Positions 1 through 62,296 of a stretch of DNA of 64,000 nucleotides are shown piece after piece (the stretch's first letter is position 1; each line of letters opens with the position of its first letter). Origin of the DNA: Octopus sinensis (lineage: Eukaryota); contig NC_043000.1 of NCBI RefSeq assembly GCF_006345805.1, forward strand, positions 79,360,001-79,424,000, given 5' to 3'. Both the position numbers and the translations under genes were made by a program. The notes beneath the pieces are model-generated. The model did no database searches, was not told where the DNA came from, and saw only the letters and a list, made by a program, of their open reading frames with translations.

Positions 1-172
1 CAAGTCAAATGACCACAAAGAGACTCTCTGATTAATTGTGAAGGATATGTCTATGATACAGATGTAGACCATAGGGACCCATCCCATATGATCAGTTAAA
101 ACTTCAGTAACATATTCATTAAAACTTGAACATCTGTGGTATACATTAATATGATTAATGAAAATGTACTCA

Positions 173-48649
<48,477 letters not shown>

Positions 48650-49051
48650 CTAAAAAAAAAAAAAGAAACAAGGAAAAGGAACTATAAACAAAATCAATAA
48701 CAATTACAACAGTAAAAAATACTAGCATTATGCTAGGAGCAGTAGAACACTTCTAAATATTACTAAATAGTCAAACCTTTACTAATTATTACAACAGATA
48801 TTTGTAACTCTTTTAATATAAAGAGTGTAGAAGCATGGAGCATGATAACTCCAGTAGAAATATACTAGTATAATTAAGTTAATCTTATATGCACATATCT
48901 GTGAAGTCACCAACTGCTAACTGGGTGAGAAACACATATGGAAACAAGAAAAGATTAAATGATTGTAACTCATTACCTAGTTATTATATTATGTTATTCT
49001 TAGTATCAAAAGCATTACTTTCAATTAATGCTACATTGTTAACCAGTGTTG

Positions 49052-49093
<42 letters not shown>

Positions 49094-49872
49094 TGGTGTT
49101 GTTGTTAACCAATATCATTATATATTATACCAGTGCCATCTTATTATTGCCATTTTGTTAACTAGTATTACTATATAATTATATTGGCACCTTATATTTT
49201 TATTACAACATTGTTAACCTACATTAGAGTACAGTATTATATTATTACTACTTTTTAACCAATACTATTATAGATTACACACTGATAATCAATATTATTA
49301 TATCATTATTATATTAGTCATATTGTTAACTAGTACTTCTTTAAAATATTACCTCACTGTCAACCAATATCACATTAGCATGTTACTATAAAATAAGGAC
49401 CAATAATTACATTATTATATACAACACAGAAATTTTTTGTATGCATGATGTGCAAATATTAATATTCTGCATTTTGCATGAAAAAGCTGGCTCATCTACA
49501 AATGGTAAAGTCTGTTACCATTCTCTGTCAAAAAGTCATCTGCTACTTCTACATTTTCAAACACATGTAAATAAAATACAGAAAAGTTAATCTTGCATAC
49601 ATGTGTATGTGCGTCTGTGTGTGCACGTATGCATATTTATATTCTGCACTTTGAAGGAAAAAGTGTGGTGAGTTACAAATGAGTTAGAAATAGTGAAATT
49701 TGTTATTTCCTGTCAACAAATCCTCTGCATTGTTCTGTTTTCAAAAACACAGGATATAAAAACTCCCCTACAAGAAGAACAGGCAAAGCAATCAGCTGTC
49801 AAGCAATTCCATAATAATATGCATTGCCTCATCCATGTCTAAAACTAGACATAGAAAGAATGAAGAGCTATA

Positions 49873-49906
<34 letters not shown>

Positions 49907-50230
49907 AATTAATAAATAAAACATATGCACATATACATACATATATGTACGTACCTACCTCTACATGTATATATACATGCATATATGGGTACAGGACACC
50001 AAAAAAACGTCGAACACAATGAGAAACAAAAACATAAACACAAAACCAAGGAACTGGACATTTTTCTTAAACAACGAAAAAATAGAGTACAGGACAAATA
50101 ACACAAGGAAAATTTCCCTTCTTCAGTTGCCATGGTTTCATCTACTCTGCATTTCGAAGGTGTATATATATACATACACACACATAAATATACATACATA
50201 TATATATATACAAACATAAATATACATACA

Positions 50231-50270
<40 letters not shown>

Positions 50271-50272
50271 TA

Positions 50273-53200
50273 TCTCTATATATAAAACTGAATTGCGTTT
50301 TTACCGCTTGGTTCGCTTTCAATGCCACTACATCCCGTCCGATTCGCTCCAAAATTTACAGGGACATGTAGAATGAGGTGACGATGCGCGTGGGCTACCT
50401 TAGAAATCGCTATCTTAAAAGGTGTGGTTGCTAGGGGCCATCTTCCTACCTCACCCTATTTCCTCCAGTACTCTGTCACTCCTCTTCATTGACAATGCAA
50501 CTACCGTTATTTAATGTAAAGTCTTCCTCAAATCGCTCTGTCGCTATTTACTCTCTTCCAAGAACATTTTCACTCACTCTATCTCTTACCTTCCTATACA
50601 TTTTACTCAGGTATCTATCAGCGTTCATGGACAATAACAAATATTACATCGCCATCCCCATCCCCATCGCATTCTATTGTCTACCTGTCAACACACACAC
50701 ACATATATATATACATATATCTAATATTATATTTTTATGTTTTTGTTTTTTTACTGTTTCATTTCCCTATTACTGGTTTGATCTCTAATTTAATTTCTAC
50801 AGTGTGCACACACACCCCTATATGTGGCCCCAGTAGACCTGAATGAAATCGGGTTCTCTTCATCAAAATGTGAAAAGGGGTCTAGAATTATCATCGCCAC
50901 AACTTATGTTTTTCCTAATGATAATTATCATCGCCACCACCAACACACAATCATGACAATCTTTCTCTTAAAACAAATCATGTTTACATTGCAAAATATT
51001 TCATTTTCCCGTCCTCTCTTTCATATATGTGACCCAGGTTTGGGTGGCCGCACAACTACAATTAGACAACGGCTAAAAACATTCGATGTTGATAATGCCT
51101 GGATCGTTCCATTCAACCCTTTGCTTTCCAAAACATTTAATGCACACATTAATGTTGAGTACTGCAGTTCGGTGAGATGCATACAATACCTCTGCAAGTA
51201 CATTAATAAGGGCGATGATATGGCCGTGTTTGTGTTCAGTGATGAAGACCTTAGACATGACGAAATTAAACAATTTGTTTTCGGTAGGTATGTATCCTCC
51301 AATTATGCAGCGTGGCGCATTTTTGGATACGAGATTCATCTCAGCTCACCATCAGTTTTCCACCTGAATGTTCATTTACAGAAGAGACAGCTGCTTTACT
51401 TCACAGAGAAAAATGCACGTCAAGTCATTGAAAATCCAAAAGGGACTACGCTTACAGCATTTTTTAAATTGTGTTCAGTTGATGAGTTTGCTGCTACTCT
51501 CATCTATCCTGAAGTACCGGAATATTACACATACAACAATAATAATTGGAAGCGCAGGTCACATGGAACAGAACTTGACAATTGGCCAGGTGTTTCTAGG
51601 AAGAACGTCATTGGCCGTGTGTATAATATTCATCCTACCAAACAGGAAATCTCTTTGAGAATGCTACTTCATGTAGTTACTGGACCGAAGTCTTTTGCTG
51701 ATCTTCGCACGGATGATGGTATCATCTGCGCCACTTACAGGGAAGCATGTTTGTGGTGCGGACTTCTTCTCAATGACGACCACTTACACAGGACATTAGC
51801 AGAGGCCTCAAATTGTAAACTGCCATGGCAAATGCGTTGATTGTTTTGTAGCATATTAATCCACTGTAATCCCAGCAACCCTTTTAACCTTCGGGAATCG
51901 TTCAGACAGAGCCTATCAAAGGACATACAGGCTAATTTAGCGCTACGTGATGGCAACGACGATGTTTATAATGAGGCATTAATCGACATGGACAGACACA
52001 TCAGACGCTATGTTATACGCGGTTTAAGTGAATTCCATCTGCCAACACCTGTCCATCATGAAGCGCCTTTGGATGTTGAATACATGTCAGAAAAAAACTA
52101 CAACATTGCCGAATTGACGGAAACAAGTACGCGAGATGAACCAAGACTTTTGCCTGAACAAAGAGAGATTTATAATGAAATTATTGACAGCGTTAGATTG
52201 AACCAAGGAAAGCTTTTCTTTTTGAATGCTCCAGGTGGTACTGGTAAAACTTTCATTATCAATTTGATTCTCGCAAAGCTGCGCGCTGAACGTCGAATTG
52301 CCATTGCATGTGCCTCAAGTGGTATTGCAGCGACACTGCTTCAAAGCGGCCGTACGGCACATAGTGCATTCAAATTGCCCATGGACATTGGAAAGAAAGA
52401 TAATCCTATATGTAATATAGATCGTAGTTCCTCAAGAGCAAGACTTCTTCGTGAATGCAGTCTTTTTATTTGGGATGAGGCTACAATGAGTAATAAGGCC
52501 ATGTTTGAGGCTCTTGACAGAACTCTCCAAGATTTGCGTCACAATACAAAAATAATGGGTGGAGCTACGTTTCTCATGGCAGGAGATTTTCGACAAACTC
52601 TTCCTGTTGTCCGAGCAGGCACTAGAGCCGATGAGGTTAATGCATGTATAAAGCATTCTTATGTGTGGCACAGTGTTATCAGTCGCCATCTTCAAACAAA
52701 CATGAGAGTCCACCTACATGGTGATGTGGAGTCTGAGGCTTTCGCAAAACACCTATTAGATCTTCGTGATGGAGTTTTGCCTTTCGTTGATGATGAGCAT
52801 ATTCGGTTGCCTTTTGGGAATTTTGTTCCAAATGTAGAAGAACTTATAAGAGCCGTTTTACCTGACGTCGAAACCAACTTCCAGGATCTCGATTGGCTAA
52901 GAGCAAGAGCTATTCTATCGCCTCATAATGCAACCGCTGAGGCTACAAATAAACAAGTACTTGATATGAATCCTGGTGAGATAGTTTCTTTCATGTCCAT
53001 CGATACAAATAAGATGAGAATGATGCAGTCAAATATCCACCCGAGCTACTCAACAAGCTAACACCTCCGGGACTTCCACCTCATCATTTGTGTTTGAAAG
53101 TTGGTGCTCCAATCATGGTGCTCAGAAATATGGAAACGCCTGAAATATGCAATGGAACCCGAATGGTTATTAGGAGGATTCAAAGCCATGTTATAACTGC

Positions 53201-54473
53201 TGAAATTTTGAGTGGACCATTTGTAGGAACAATCAAAATGATACATAAAATTAGTATTTCACCCTCTGATGTTCCCATTCAGTTTAAACGCTTTCAATTT
53301 CCGATAAAACTATGCTTCGCGATGACAATCAACAGGTCACAGGGACAATCACTGGACATTGTAGCCATTAACCTGTCACAACCGGTTTTCAGTCATGGTC
53401 AATTGTACGTAGCCTGTTCTCGAGTTGGAAATCCACATAAACTCTTCATTCTTGGCAATCATGAGCGCACAAGGAACGTGGTTTATCAGGAGGCTCTGAC
53501 AAAAGAAAACTGATTGTAAGTCATGAAATTTTGCTTGATTTTTTATTTTGCACCTCTTCATTATCTCTTCATTCTTGAAAATAAAGACATTAAAAAGAAC
53601 ATGGTTCATAAAGAACGTTGGGTTCAGATGTTTGCAAACATTTGATCCAACTCATTCTCTTTATTCCTCATTTTCCGATTCCTTCTACGTCTCCATTAAA
53701 CGGTTTTGTCAAGTTATTGTTTCTTCGCTAACATAAGACATTCATAAAGTGAATGAGTTGTTAATTACATTTTATACACTATTCCATTGTTTAGGTGGTG
53801 TCGAAAGGACTGGCATGTGTTACCATATAAACTCCCTCAGTCAAACTCCCAACTCATGAGTTCACATCGTGATACTCTTTCTACAAAACTGAGCTGGGTG
53901 TGAATTCTAATTTCATTCACTATTACAGATGTTTTAATTTTTGAAACAAACACATTGCCTCTTTCGTTTTAAAACAATAAAACAATACTACCTTAATACA
54001 TTGGTCCAACAAACAAAACATCCAACACTCTCATTATTTTATGTATCTGTCTTCCTCCATCACTCACTCACTTTTCTCCCTTCCTTTCACATTCTATCTA
54101 TAACGTCGTTTCACAGCGTCTACCTACCTTACATTCACTTTCTCTTTATAACGTCGTTTCACAGCGTCCGTTATCCCCCCTCCCTGCCTTCCACAGCGCT
54201 TTCACACACTCTCACTCTCTACGTCTGTCTGCATTCATAGAGAGAATTATCATCACCACCACAACCAATCAATCATGACAACAAATATTATGAATCAGAT
54301 ATTTATTGGGTTAATTTTATATGTGTGTGTGTATCTATAAATATGTATATATAATAATTTTTATATATACAAACTGCATATATCTGTATTTATATATATA
54401 TATATAATTTGTATACATTTATATATATATACCACACTCTTACCCGTGCGTAGAGCGGGTCACCTTCAGCTAG
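50273..54473 (+). mobile_element. Helitron with a truncated RepHel gene
   Basis: A|TC 5' end; 3' hairpin acccg..cgggt followed by CTAG|T. Coding 51020-53513 holds the Rep tyrosine motif YLCKYINKG and a Pif1 helicase (PGGTGKT, WDEA, GDFRQTLPV, FAMTINRSQGQSL, FSHGQLYVACSRV). There is a stop at 51838-51840 and a frameshift near 53010-53060. Confidence 0.92.
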
Positions 54474-54609
54474 TATATATATATAAATATATATATATAT
54501 ATACATACACACACACATAAATATACATACATATATATATATACACACACACACATAAATATATATATATACACACATAAATATACATACACACACATAT
54601 ATGTATGTA

Positions 54610-56955
54610 TACATTAATCCATTCTGGGCCACCCAAAAAATATCACAATTTTTTGTTACGTGTTTTTAAATAAGAAAAATGTACTTATAGATAAACGAAT
54701 ATTATATTAAAAAAAAACAATACAATACAATTTACTGCAATAAACTGATTTTATCAAGTATCATGTACAGCATTTACTTTGAAGATCAGGTGGCTTGAGG
54801 ATACTGACAGAGGTGGAGGAGAAGAAAGGCTGAAATAGATAATCTTATTCACTGATTTTTTTGCCTTTTACGCCATGCTTTCTTCACTTTCATCTACAGG
54901 AGTTTTTGTCAAAAACCTGTCCAATAAGGTCTGTTTCATGCTCACTTTCAGAGTGTTTCTGAAATGAGTTAGGCAAGTGTCACTGAATAGCTCCATCACA
55001 TGCCCAGTTGTAACTTTTCCTGGGTGTCTCTTTTGAATAGTTTCTCCCACATTCCCAACATTTCCTTAATCGCACTTGTAGAGATAACCTCCTCCATCAC
55101 CTATTTTCAGCAAAACCTCCATGTGCTGCTGTGCCTGTACCTCCTTTAGTTCTTCCATTGCCAGTTCCTTGGAGTGTTCCTCAACGAGCTCATTGATGTC
55201 ACTTTCATCCATGTCCAGGCTCATGGGCTTGCTAAGGGATACAATTTCCTCTACCACTGCCGCTTCAGGTTCAAGCCTTACAAAGTCCATTTTAGACACA
55301 AACTCAGGCCACAGCTTCCACAAGAAAGTCAAGGTCTTCTTTGTAACACCCTGACAGGCCATATCAATAATTCTGAGGCATAGCATGATGTTATAGTGGT
55401 CCTTCAAGAACTCTCGAAGGATGAGGTTTGTGCTCTCTGTCACCTCTCTATAACAATAATAATTCTTTCTACTACAGGTAACAAAGCTCGAAATTTTGGA
55501 CAGTGATGGGACAGATGCTTGGTGAAGAGCTTCTTGAAATCAGAAATCTGATGGTCCATGAGCTGCAGGATAGGGGTGGTGTTAGTGGAAAGTAGAAAAC
55601 CTTTATAATCTTGAATTTTTCAAGGATGTCATCTTCGAGGTTAGGTGGGTGAGCAGGTGCATTTTCCAGGACGAAAAGGGCTTGTAGGGGAGGTTATTTT
55701 CCTGGAGGTATTTCTTAATGTCAGGGACCAAAGACCAAATTCACTCACTCCACAGAGAACTACCTGGATTTGCCCTCCACATAGCCTGCAGCTTTTCTTT
55801 CAGAATCTTATGTGACTTAAAGGCTCTGGGGTTTTCCAGGTGATAAAAGAGCAGTGGCTTAATCTTGCAGTCACTACTCTCACTGGTACACAGTGTGAGG
55901 GTTAGCCTATCTTTCATTGGCTTGTAGCCTGGCATCCTCTTCTCCTATGCCATTATATAAGTCCTCCTTGGGATCTTCTTCCAAAAACTGCCTGTCTTGT
56001 TACAGTTGAAGACTTGCTAGGGAATGTCTCTTTTGGCTGCTATAATTCTGGAAAAAGTCTTGAGGTAATCCTCAGCTGTCTTCATATCTGCTCTCACTGC
56101 TTCACCATGTCTGACAAGTGGGTGAAGACCAGTCCTCTTTTAAAAATTCTTGAACCAGCCTCGACTAGCTGTAAACAGCTCACCTGATGCCTCGTCCATA
56201 CAAGTGCCTTGAGTCTGCTGCAGCAAATCAGCATAAATAGCTTGTGCATTCTCGCAGATTATAGCCTCCATCATGGTATCTCCTGTGAGCTGCTTCTCCC
56301 ACACCATCAGCAGCTTCTCCATATTTTCATGGACAGATGTCCACTTTTTTGAAATTATTTTAAAGCCCTTGACTGGTATTATAGCCTTTTATCGACTCCT
56401 GATTCAGTATGGTGCAGATCGTAGAAGTGCTACACTCATACTACTTCACCATGTCGACTACATGCACACCTTGGCCATGTTTATCGATAATTTCTTTCTT
56501 TAATTCAATGCACATCATCTGCTTCTTCTCACTACTGTCCTTCGCAGTTACTTTTTTTTTACCCATGGTTGGAAAAACGAAGTTTTGCAAAATAACTGCA
56601 AGTACAATTGCAAGCAAAACACTGATGCTTCTGTATCCTGCAACGACTAATTAAGCATTTTAACACCCGTCTAGCTAACGATCCACTAACATTCTTCACA
56701 CTTGCTAATGTGCATGTCTGTCTAGCTATTGATCTACTAATGATTTTCACACTTGCTAATGTGCATATCTGTCTAGCGAGACACAGGATGCTGGGTGGAT
56801 GTTACGGTATTCACTATGCCAACTAGCAGTGGGTATCTGAAGCTGGCTTGTAACCCGAATTTTAGCTCGCAACACAATGCAAAAAATCTGCTGAGAGACA
56901 GCTTGTCTCTTGAAAAACTCATTAGTTGGGAGACTTGCAAGTCAAGGTACCGTTG
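54610..56955 (-). mobile_element. Tigger/pogo (TIGD1-like) DNA transposon, decayed
   Basis: CENP-B-like HTH and DDE_1 fragments (FTASRGWFKNF, VFNCNKTG, PGYKPMKDRLTL). The right end reads TA|CAACGGTACCTTGACTTGCAAG on the minus strand. The left end is approximate. Confidence 0.85.
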
Positions 56956-57353
56956 TATATATGTATGTATGTATGTGTGTGTGTATATATATATATATAA
57001 ACACACACACACAAACAGGAACATATACAGTAATACCTCACTGTACAAGGACCTGCTTTATAAGACCCCAAGTTTACGAGTTTTATTTTTCAGCTCACTT
57101 TTGCGTGGTAAGTTGAAATTTTTGAAGCACAAGATCCAAATTTGGATAGAAGTCCAAAAGTTTCTACAATCATAAATGCTTTATAGTGTTACCAGGAAAT
57201 TTATAGTGAGCAAAACAATGCTTCTTCTAAGCAAACAACTGTAGACTTGTTAAACAATTATAAGGCATAAAAAGAAGATGACTTTCAGACACAACAGAAT
57301 TACAATAATAATATTTTTTATTATAAATGATTTTTACATTCTTTTTACTTTAC

Positions 57354-59335
57354 TGTTGTGTGAACGCCCCCAGACGATGAAGTAGGCTAGCCCAATATAT
57401 ATAGAGGGAGAAGTCTATACGTTAGAGTTGAGTAGCGGTGAGAGTCGAGGGTTGAGTTGAGTAGAGGTCATCCGAACGTGTGACATAACAGTGGTGACGA
57501 GGATTTCGTAGCTCACACAGCCACTGAATAGTATTGCAGTATAACAGTGGCGACAAGGATTTCGTAGCTCACACAGCGACTGTGTAGTATTGCGACATAA
57601 CAGTGGCGACGAGGTTTCGAATAGTACCGAAATGGAAGAGTTACTGAAAGCAGTTGTAAAACAACAGGAGCAGCAGCAACTACAGAAGTTAACAGAATTG
57701 TTACTGCAGTCGAGAAATACGACAGAATCATTTTCAGCAGAGGGTGTTGCAAATTCCATCGAGGAATTTCACTACAATCCGGATGACGGAACTACTTTTG
57801 CTGCATATTACAGACTATACGAAGACATATTCTGAGAGGAATGTAAGGGATGGTCTAGTGAAAGGAAGGTAAGGCTCCTTTTGCGAAAGCTTGCTAATCC
57901 AGAACACGAAAGATTTTGTAACTTCATTTCGCCGAGAAAGACCATGGAATTGTGTTTTGATGAAACAATAAATATTTTGACTAATATTTTTAGCGAGAAA
58001 AGTTTGCAGTTTAACATTTGATGGGAATGTTTAAATTTAAAGAAAAATGAGTCTGATGATTTTGTAACATATGCCGGTATGGTTAATAAGGCTTGTGAAA
58101 GGTTTAAGCTGGAAGAATTAATGCCAGATATGTTCAAGTGCCTAATATTCGTTAAAGGGCTAGTGGCAACGGAAGACTCGGAAATTAGAAAAAGAATATT
58201 ATCAAAGTTGAATCAAAATGGTAACACAGAAGAAAGTCTACTCAATAAAAGTAAATTATACTAGACAAAACTGAAAATTTGTGTTGGTAGAACTAAATGG
58301 GTTTCAGACCAAAAAGCAATTAGATACCGATTCAGACATATCGATAATAAATACGGCAACATGGAGTGAGATAGGGAAGCCGTTGTATAAAAAAACTACT
58401 AGGATAGCCTACGGTGTGCCAGGGGAACGATTTCAATTCTTGGGCGAAATTTCACCAGAAATAAAACTTAAAAACAGGATGTGGAAATGTAAGTTGGTTC
58501 AGATGAAGCATGTGTTAACTCCGCCATACCATCCAAGGTTAAATGGGTTAGCGGAAAGATTCGTCGACACATTCAAGAGAGCCTGAAGGAAGACCAGACA
58601 GGAAAACTTCGAAGATACAAATATGACAAAGTTTTTGCAGGTGTATAGAATAACACCAAATCCAAATGCAGAGACAGGTAAGTCACCCACAGATTTGATG
58701 TTTTCCAGAAAAATTCGTTCTATTTTTGACAAATGGTTGCTGAGTAGGAAACAGAAAATAGAAAATTCGGGAAGAAAAACAAATTTTTTTAACATAGGTG
58801 ACAAAGTATATTTTAAAATATATAGTAACGGAAAATAGGACTGGGGCAAGGAAGTTTAACTGGACGTCTGGATAACGTGCTATACATGGTAAAAGGACCA
58901 AAATATGAACACAGAAGGCATTTAAACCAATTAAAACAAAGATATACCAAAAACCAAGAGAGGCGAGAAGAACCAATGGATTTATGGTATGATTTGTTCC
59001 AGGTTCCAAAAGCACAAGCAAAAGTGTTTGAGGTCCCAGAACCACAAACAAAAGCAGAACTGACACGTAGGTCAAACAGGAAGAGAAACCCTACAGAAAT
59101 TATGGAAATTAAAGCTAAGAGAAAAAGATATGCCAGTTTCTCACCAAGAAAATAAAATTGATAAATTCAGGTGTAAAAAACTCAAAAGGGGAGGTGTTGT
59201 GTGGAGGCCCCCAGACTATGAAGTAGGCTAGCCCAATATGTAGATATAGAGGGAAAAATCTAGATGTCAGAGTTGAGTAGCAGTGAGAGTCAAGAGTTGA
59301 GTTGAGTAGAGGTCATCCGAACGTGCAACATAACA
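57354..59335 (+). mobile_element. Gypsy LTR retrotransposon derivative (gag, protease and C-terminal integrase; RT and RNase H deleted)
   Basis: LTRs 57354-57490 and 59195-59335 (TG..CA, roughly 90% identical by eye). TSD tttac/tttat. PBS TGGCGACGAGG; PPT aaaaggggagg at 59184-59194. Protein fragments: gag from ~57632, LDTDSDISII, and TPPYHPRLNGLAERFV. Confidence 0.92.
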
Positions 59336-59661
59336 TTTATGTAAGCTATTCTTTAAATTCTACTGTTGTTTTATTGCCATTTATTTACAAGTATCATAAA
59401 TTTTATAGATAAAATATTTTTCTGGGAACTTGTATATTGAGGCATTACTCTGTGTCTGTGTGTGTATATATACATACATATATATATACACATGATGGCT
59501 TAGCTGGCTGAAACTTCATCAACATTCTTGTATAAAAATAATAATTTGCACTCCACAGAAGTATAGAGTAACCCATCAGATTAATGTAAAATTGTTTTTA
59601 TTATAACTGAATATGAAAACAAACACTGATACACATACACACACACATATATATATATGTA

Positions 59662-60045
59662 CTAGCAGTATCGCCCGGCGTTGCTCAGGTTTGTAAGGGA
59701 AATAACTATAAAGCATTTTTAGAGAGTTATAGCCAAAAGATAGCAAAAAAATGGGAAAAAATGATGGTAAATTTCTTTTGAGAGTAAAAAAAGGTGGAGT
59801 TGCGTCCCATAGACAGTTTGCAGTTTGTGTTTCTGATTCTCGACCCCATGTCGAATTTATCGATTTTTTTCAGAACTGGGGGAACTTTTCAAAATTTTCG
59901 CTGCGTTAGTTTTGAATTATGACATTGGGCTATGTATGTGTCAAGTTTCATCAGAATCGGTTGAAAGCCGTGGTCAGGGTGAGGGTACGAGAAAACAGAC
60001 ACACAGAAACACACACAGACAAACTGCCGTTTATATATAGAGAGA
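59662..60045 (-). mobile_element. Non-autonomous Helitron
   Basis: Minus strand A|TCTCTCTATATATAAACGGC..ctgagcaacgccgggcgatactgCTAG|T. The 5' ~180 bp are shared with 20345-20858. Confidence 0.85.
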
Positions 60046-60161
60046 TAAATATACAGACATATATATATCCATATATAGACATATAAACATATGAATGTAT
60101 ATATACATATACACACATATATATATATACATACATACAAATATATACACGCATACACACA

Positions 60162-61345
60162 CACGACAGAAGTAAATAGACACCCCTTAAAACATCGTTT
60201 TATGTTTATTCTAACTTGTAGAGGTTTACATTTTTTACTAATTGGCATTTTTATGTTTCAGGTTCTATATGTGACTATTTCATTATGTCATGTACAGTGG
60301 GCCATTCTGAAGGTAGACATAGCGTAAAACTGCAGAAAATCTTGGAATCCTGCTTTCTACAGTTAATAGAGTGATTGTGCAATTCACCAGAGAGGGGAAA
60401 GAGTGCACATCACCTCACCCAGATCAACCAGGGCCCTCTGACAGGACCTTACTCTTTGCTAAGTGTGGAGGATAATCCTCATTGCAAGGCCTCTGACAAA
60501 GGGGAACAAGTTGATGTCAGTCTCAGAACAGCTGTCATGTACCTCCACAAACTCGGTTACTATGGTAGAGAAGCAAGAAGGAAGCCACTTCGTTGACCAG
60601 CCAGCATCAAGCAGAGAAAAGATTGGGCCAGTAAGATGGTGGAGAAGCCACTAGCATTTTGGGACAGTCATATTCTCTTATGAGTCCAGATTTGCTGTAG
60701 TTCCTGACAGTGGTTGAGTGTGGGTCTGGAGACTCTGTAATCAAGAATTTGATGTGAAAAGATTGCAGCCGACAATGAAACATGGCAGTTATTCTGTGAT
60801 GGTCTGGGGAACAATTTGGAGCAATTGTTGATCAGAGCTACTGGAGTGTGAGGGAAAAATAAACTCAAATAATTGTGTGTCCATATTGCAGAAAGGACTC
60901 CTTCCAATTTTCTCCAGTGGTGAAACGATTAAAGAAGACTCTTTATTTATGGAAGATGGGGCTCTTTGTCACACGGCTAAAATGTCACAAGATTTGTGGG
61001 ATGAGAATGGCATTAAAAAGCTTCCATGGCCAAGCCAGTCACCTGATATGAACCCTATTGAACGCTTCTGGGATACAATGGTCAGGACACTTCATAAAAA
61101 AAACAAGAAAGCATCTTCGAAGCCAGATCTTTTGAGATTACTGCATGAAACTTGGCAAGAAATTCTGCAAGAGAATATTCGTCATCTGATCAATAACATG
61201 CCTAATAGGGCCCTTGCATTGAAAAACGTGAAGGGCATGTCTACTAAATATTCACATTATAACAATCAATAAATAATTTAAATGAGTAATTTCAAATCTA
61301 AATAAATTTTAATGATTATAAGGGTGTCTAGTTACATCTGTCATG
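60162..61345 (+). mobile_element. Tc1 (DD34E) transposon, decayed
   Basis: TIRs cacgacagaagtaaatagacaccc and gggtgtctagttacatctgtcatg. Fragments: RRKP, SVMVWG, FMEDGA, WPSQSPDMNPIERFW. Confidence 0.88.
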
Positions 61346-62296
61346 TCTGACAAGGATAAAATGTCAGGGATCCTAGTGTAGGAAGTTTGTAAGCTTCAAG
61401 CAGTCCATGGCAGGTATAGAGAACAAAAAGTGGAGAGTGGATGATAAAGAAAAATTAAAATTTATCAGCAATGAAGGTTACACACTTTTTCCTATATCGA
61501 AGTTATGAGGAAATTTCATAATCTGTAAGTTTCTTTTTTTAGCTCACGGTTACTACAAATGCAAATAAAAATCCAAATTAAGGGAGTGTAAGGAGTAAAA
61601 TGCAGGCTATATATGTTTCTTAGCTAGCTGATCCTCTGATGTAAAAGTTACTCTATGAGGGGTGCTAAACATAGCTAACCATCAGGTCAAGATTACCTTA
61701 ATTAAATGAAGGTTACATTGTCATTTGGAATTTCCAAGTTAACTAACTGGCGATAAGAACTGATATGAATAGTGAAGCCAGACGTACAGAGTAAATAAAC
61801 AAAAACTCAAAAAATAAAAAGGCTAAGAAGTATGAAAGAGAAAAGATGACATCAAACATGTGGAAGTGAGAGCTGTATAAAATTGATGGGAATGAAGAAA
61901 AAGAGAAGGGAGATGAAAGAGTAGGGAGAAAGGAGTGGATAGTTGTTGCTGTTAGTCTCCACAAAGATTCCATGTTTTCAAATGTTGGTACATGCATTGC
62001 CACCTTCAAGGTGGGAATTAGTAATCATTACTCTAGCTTTAGACCTCAAGCAAAAACTAACAGCACTTCTCTATCTAGGTTCATTGCTAGCCTAACATGT
62101 AATTCAGCAGAACACAAAATAAAATAGTCCATTGTTATGCATGTCAAACTATATAGTTGACATAACAACAAAAGCAATTTCTGTATTGCAGAAGACTTTA
62201 TTATGCAATGCAACAACTGCATGAATGAAGTAACCTCATAGTTAACTGTAAACACAAATTACATAATAGATTCTTAAGGTACAAATGCTCACTCAC

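Noticed and set aside
49519-49548. Possible 30-nt phase 1-1 microexon (EVADDFLTEN)
   Set aside because: The frame is open and GT-AG is present, but the acceptor is weak and there is no homology, so it is indistinguishable from chance here.
57491-57615. 56-bp periodic repeats read as a CRISPR array
   Set aside because: The spacers are near-identical, the repeats are an LTR end plus PBS, there are no cas genes, and the context is eukaryotic.
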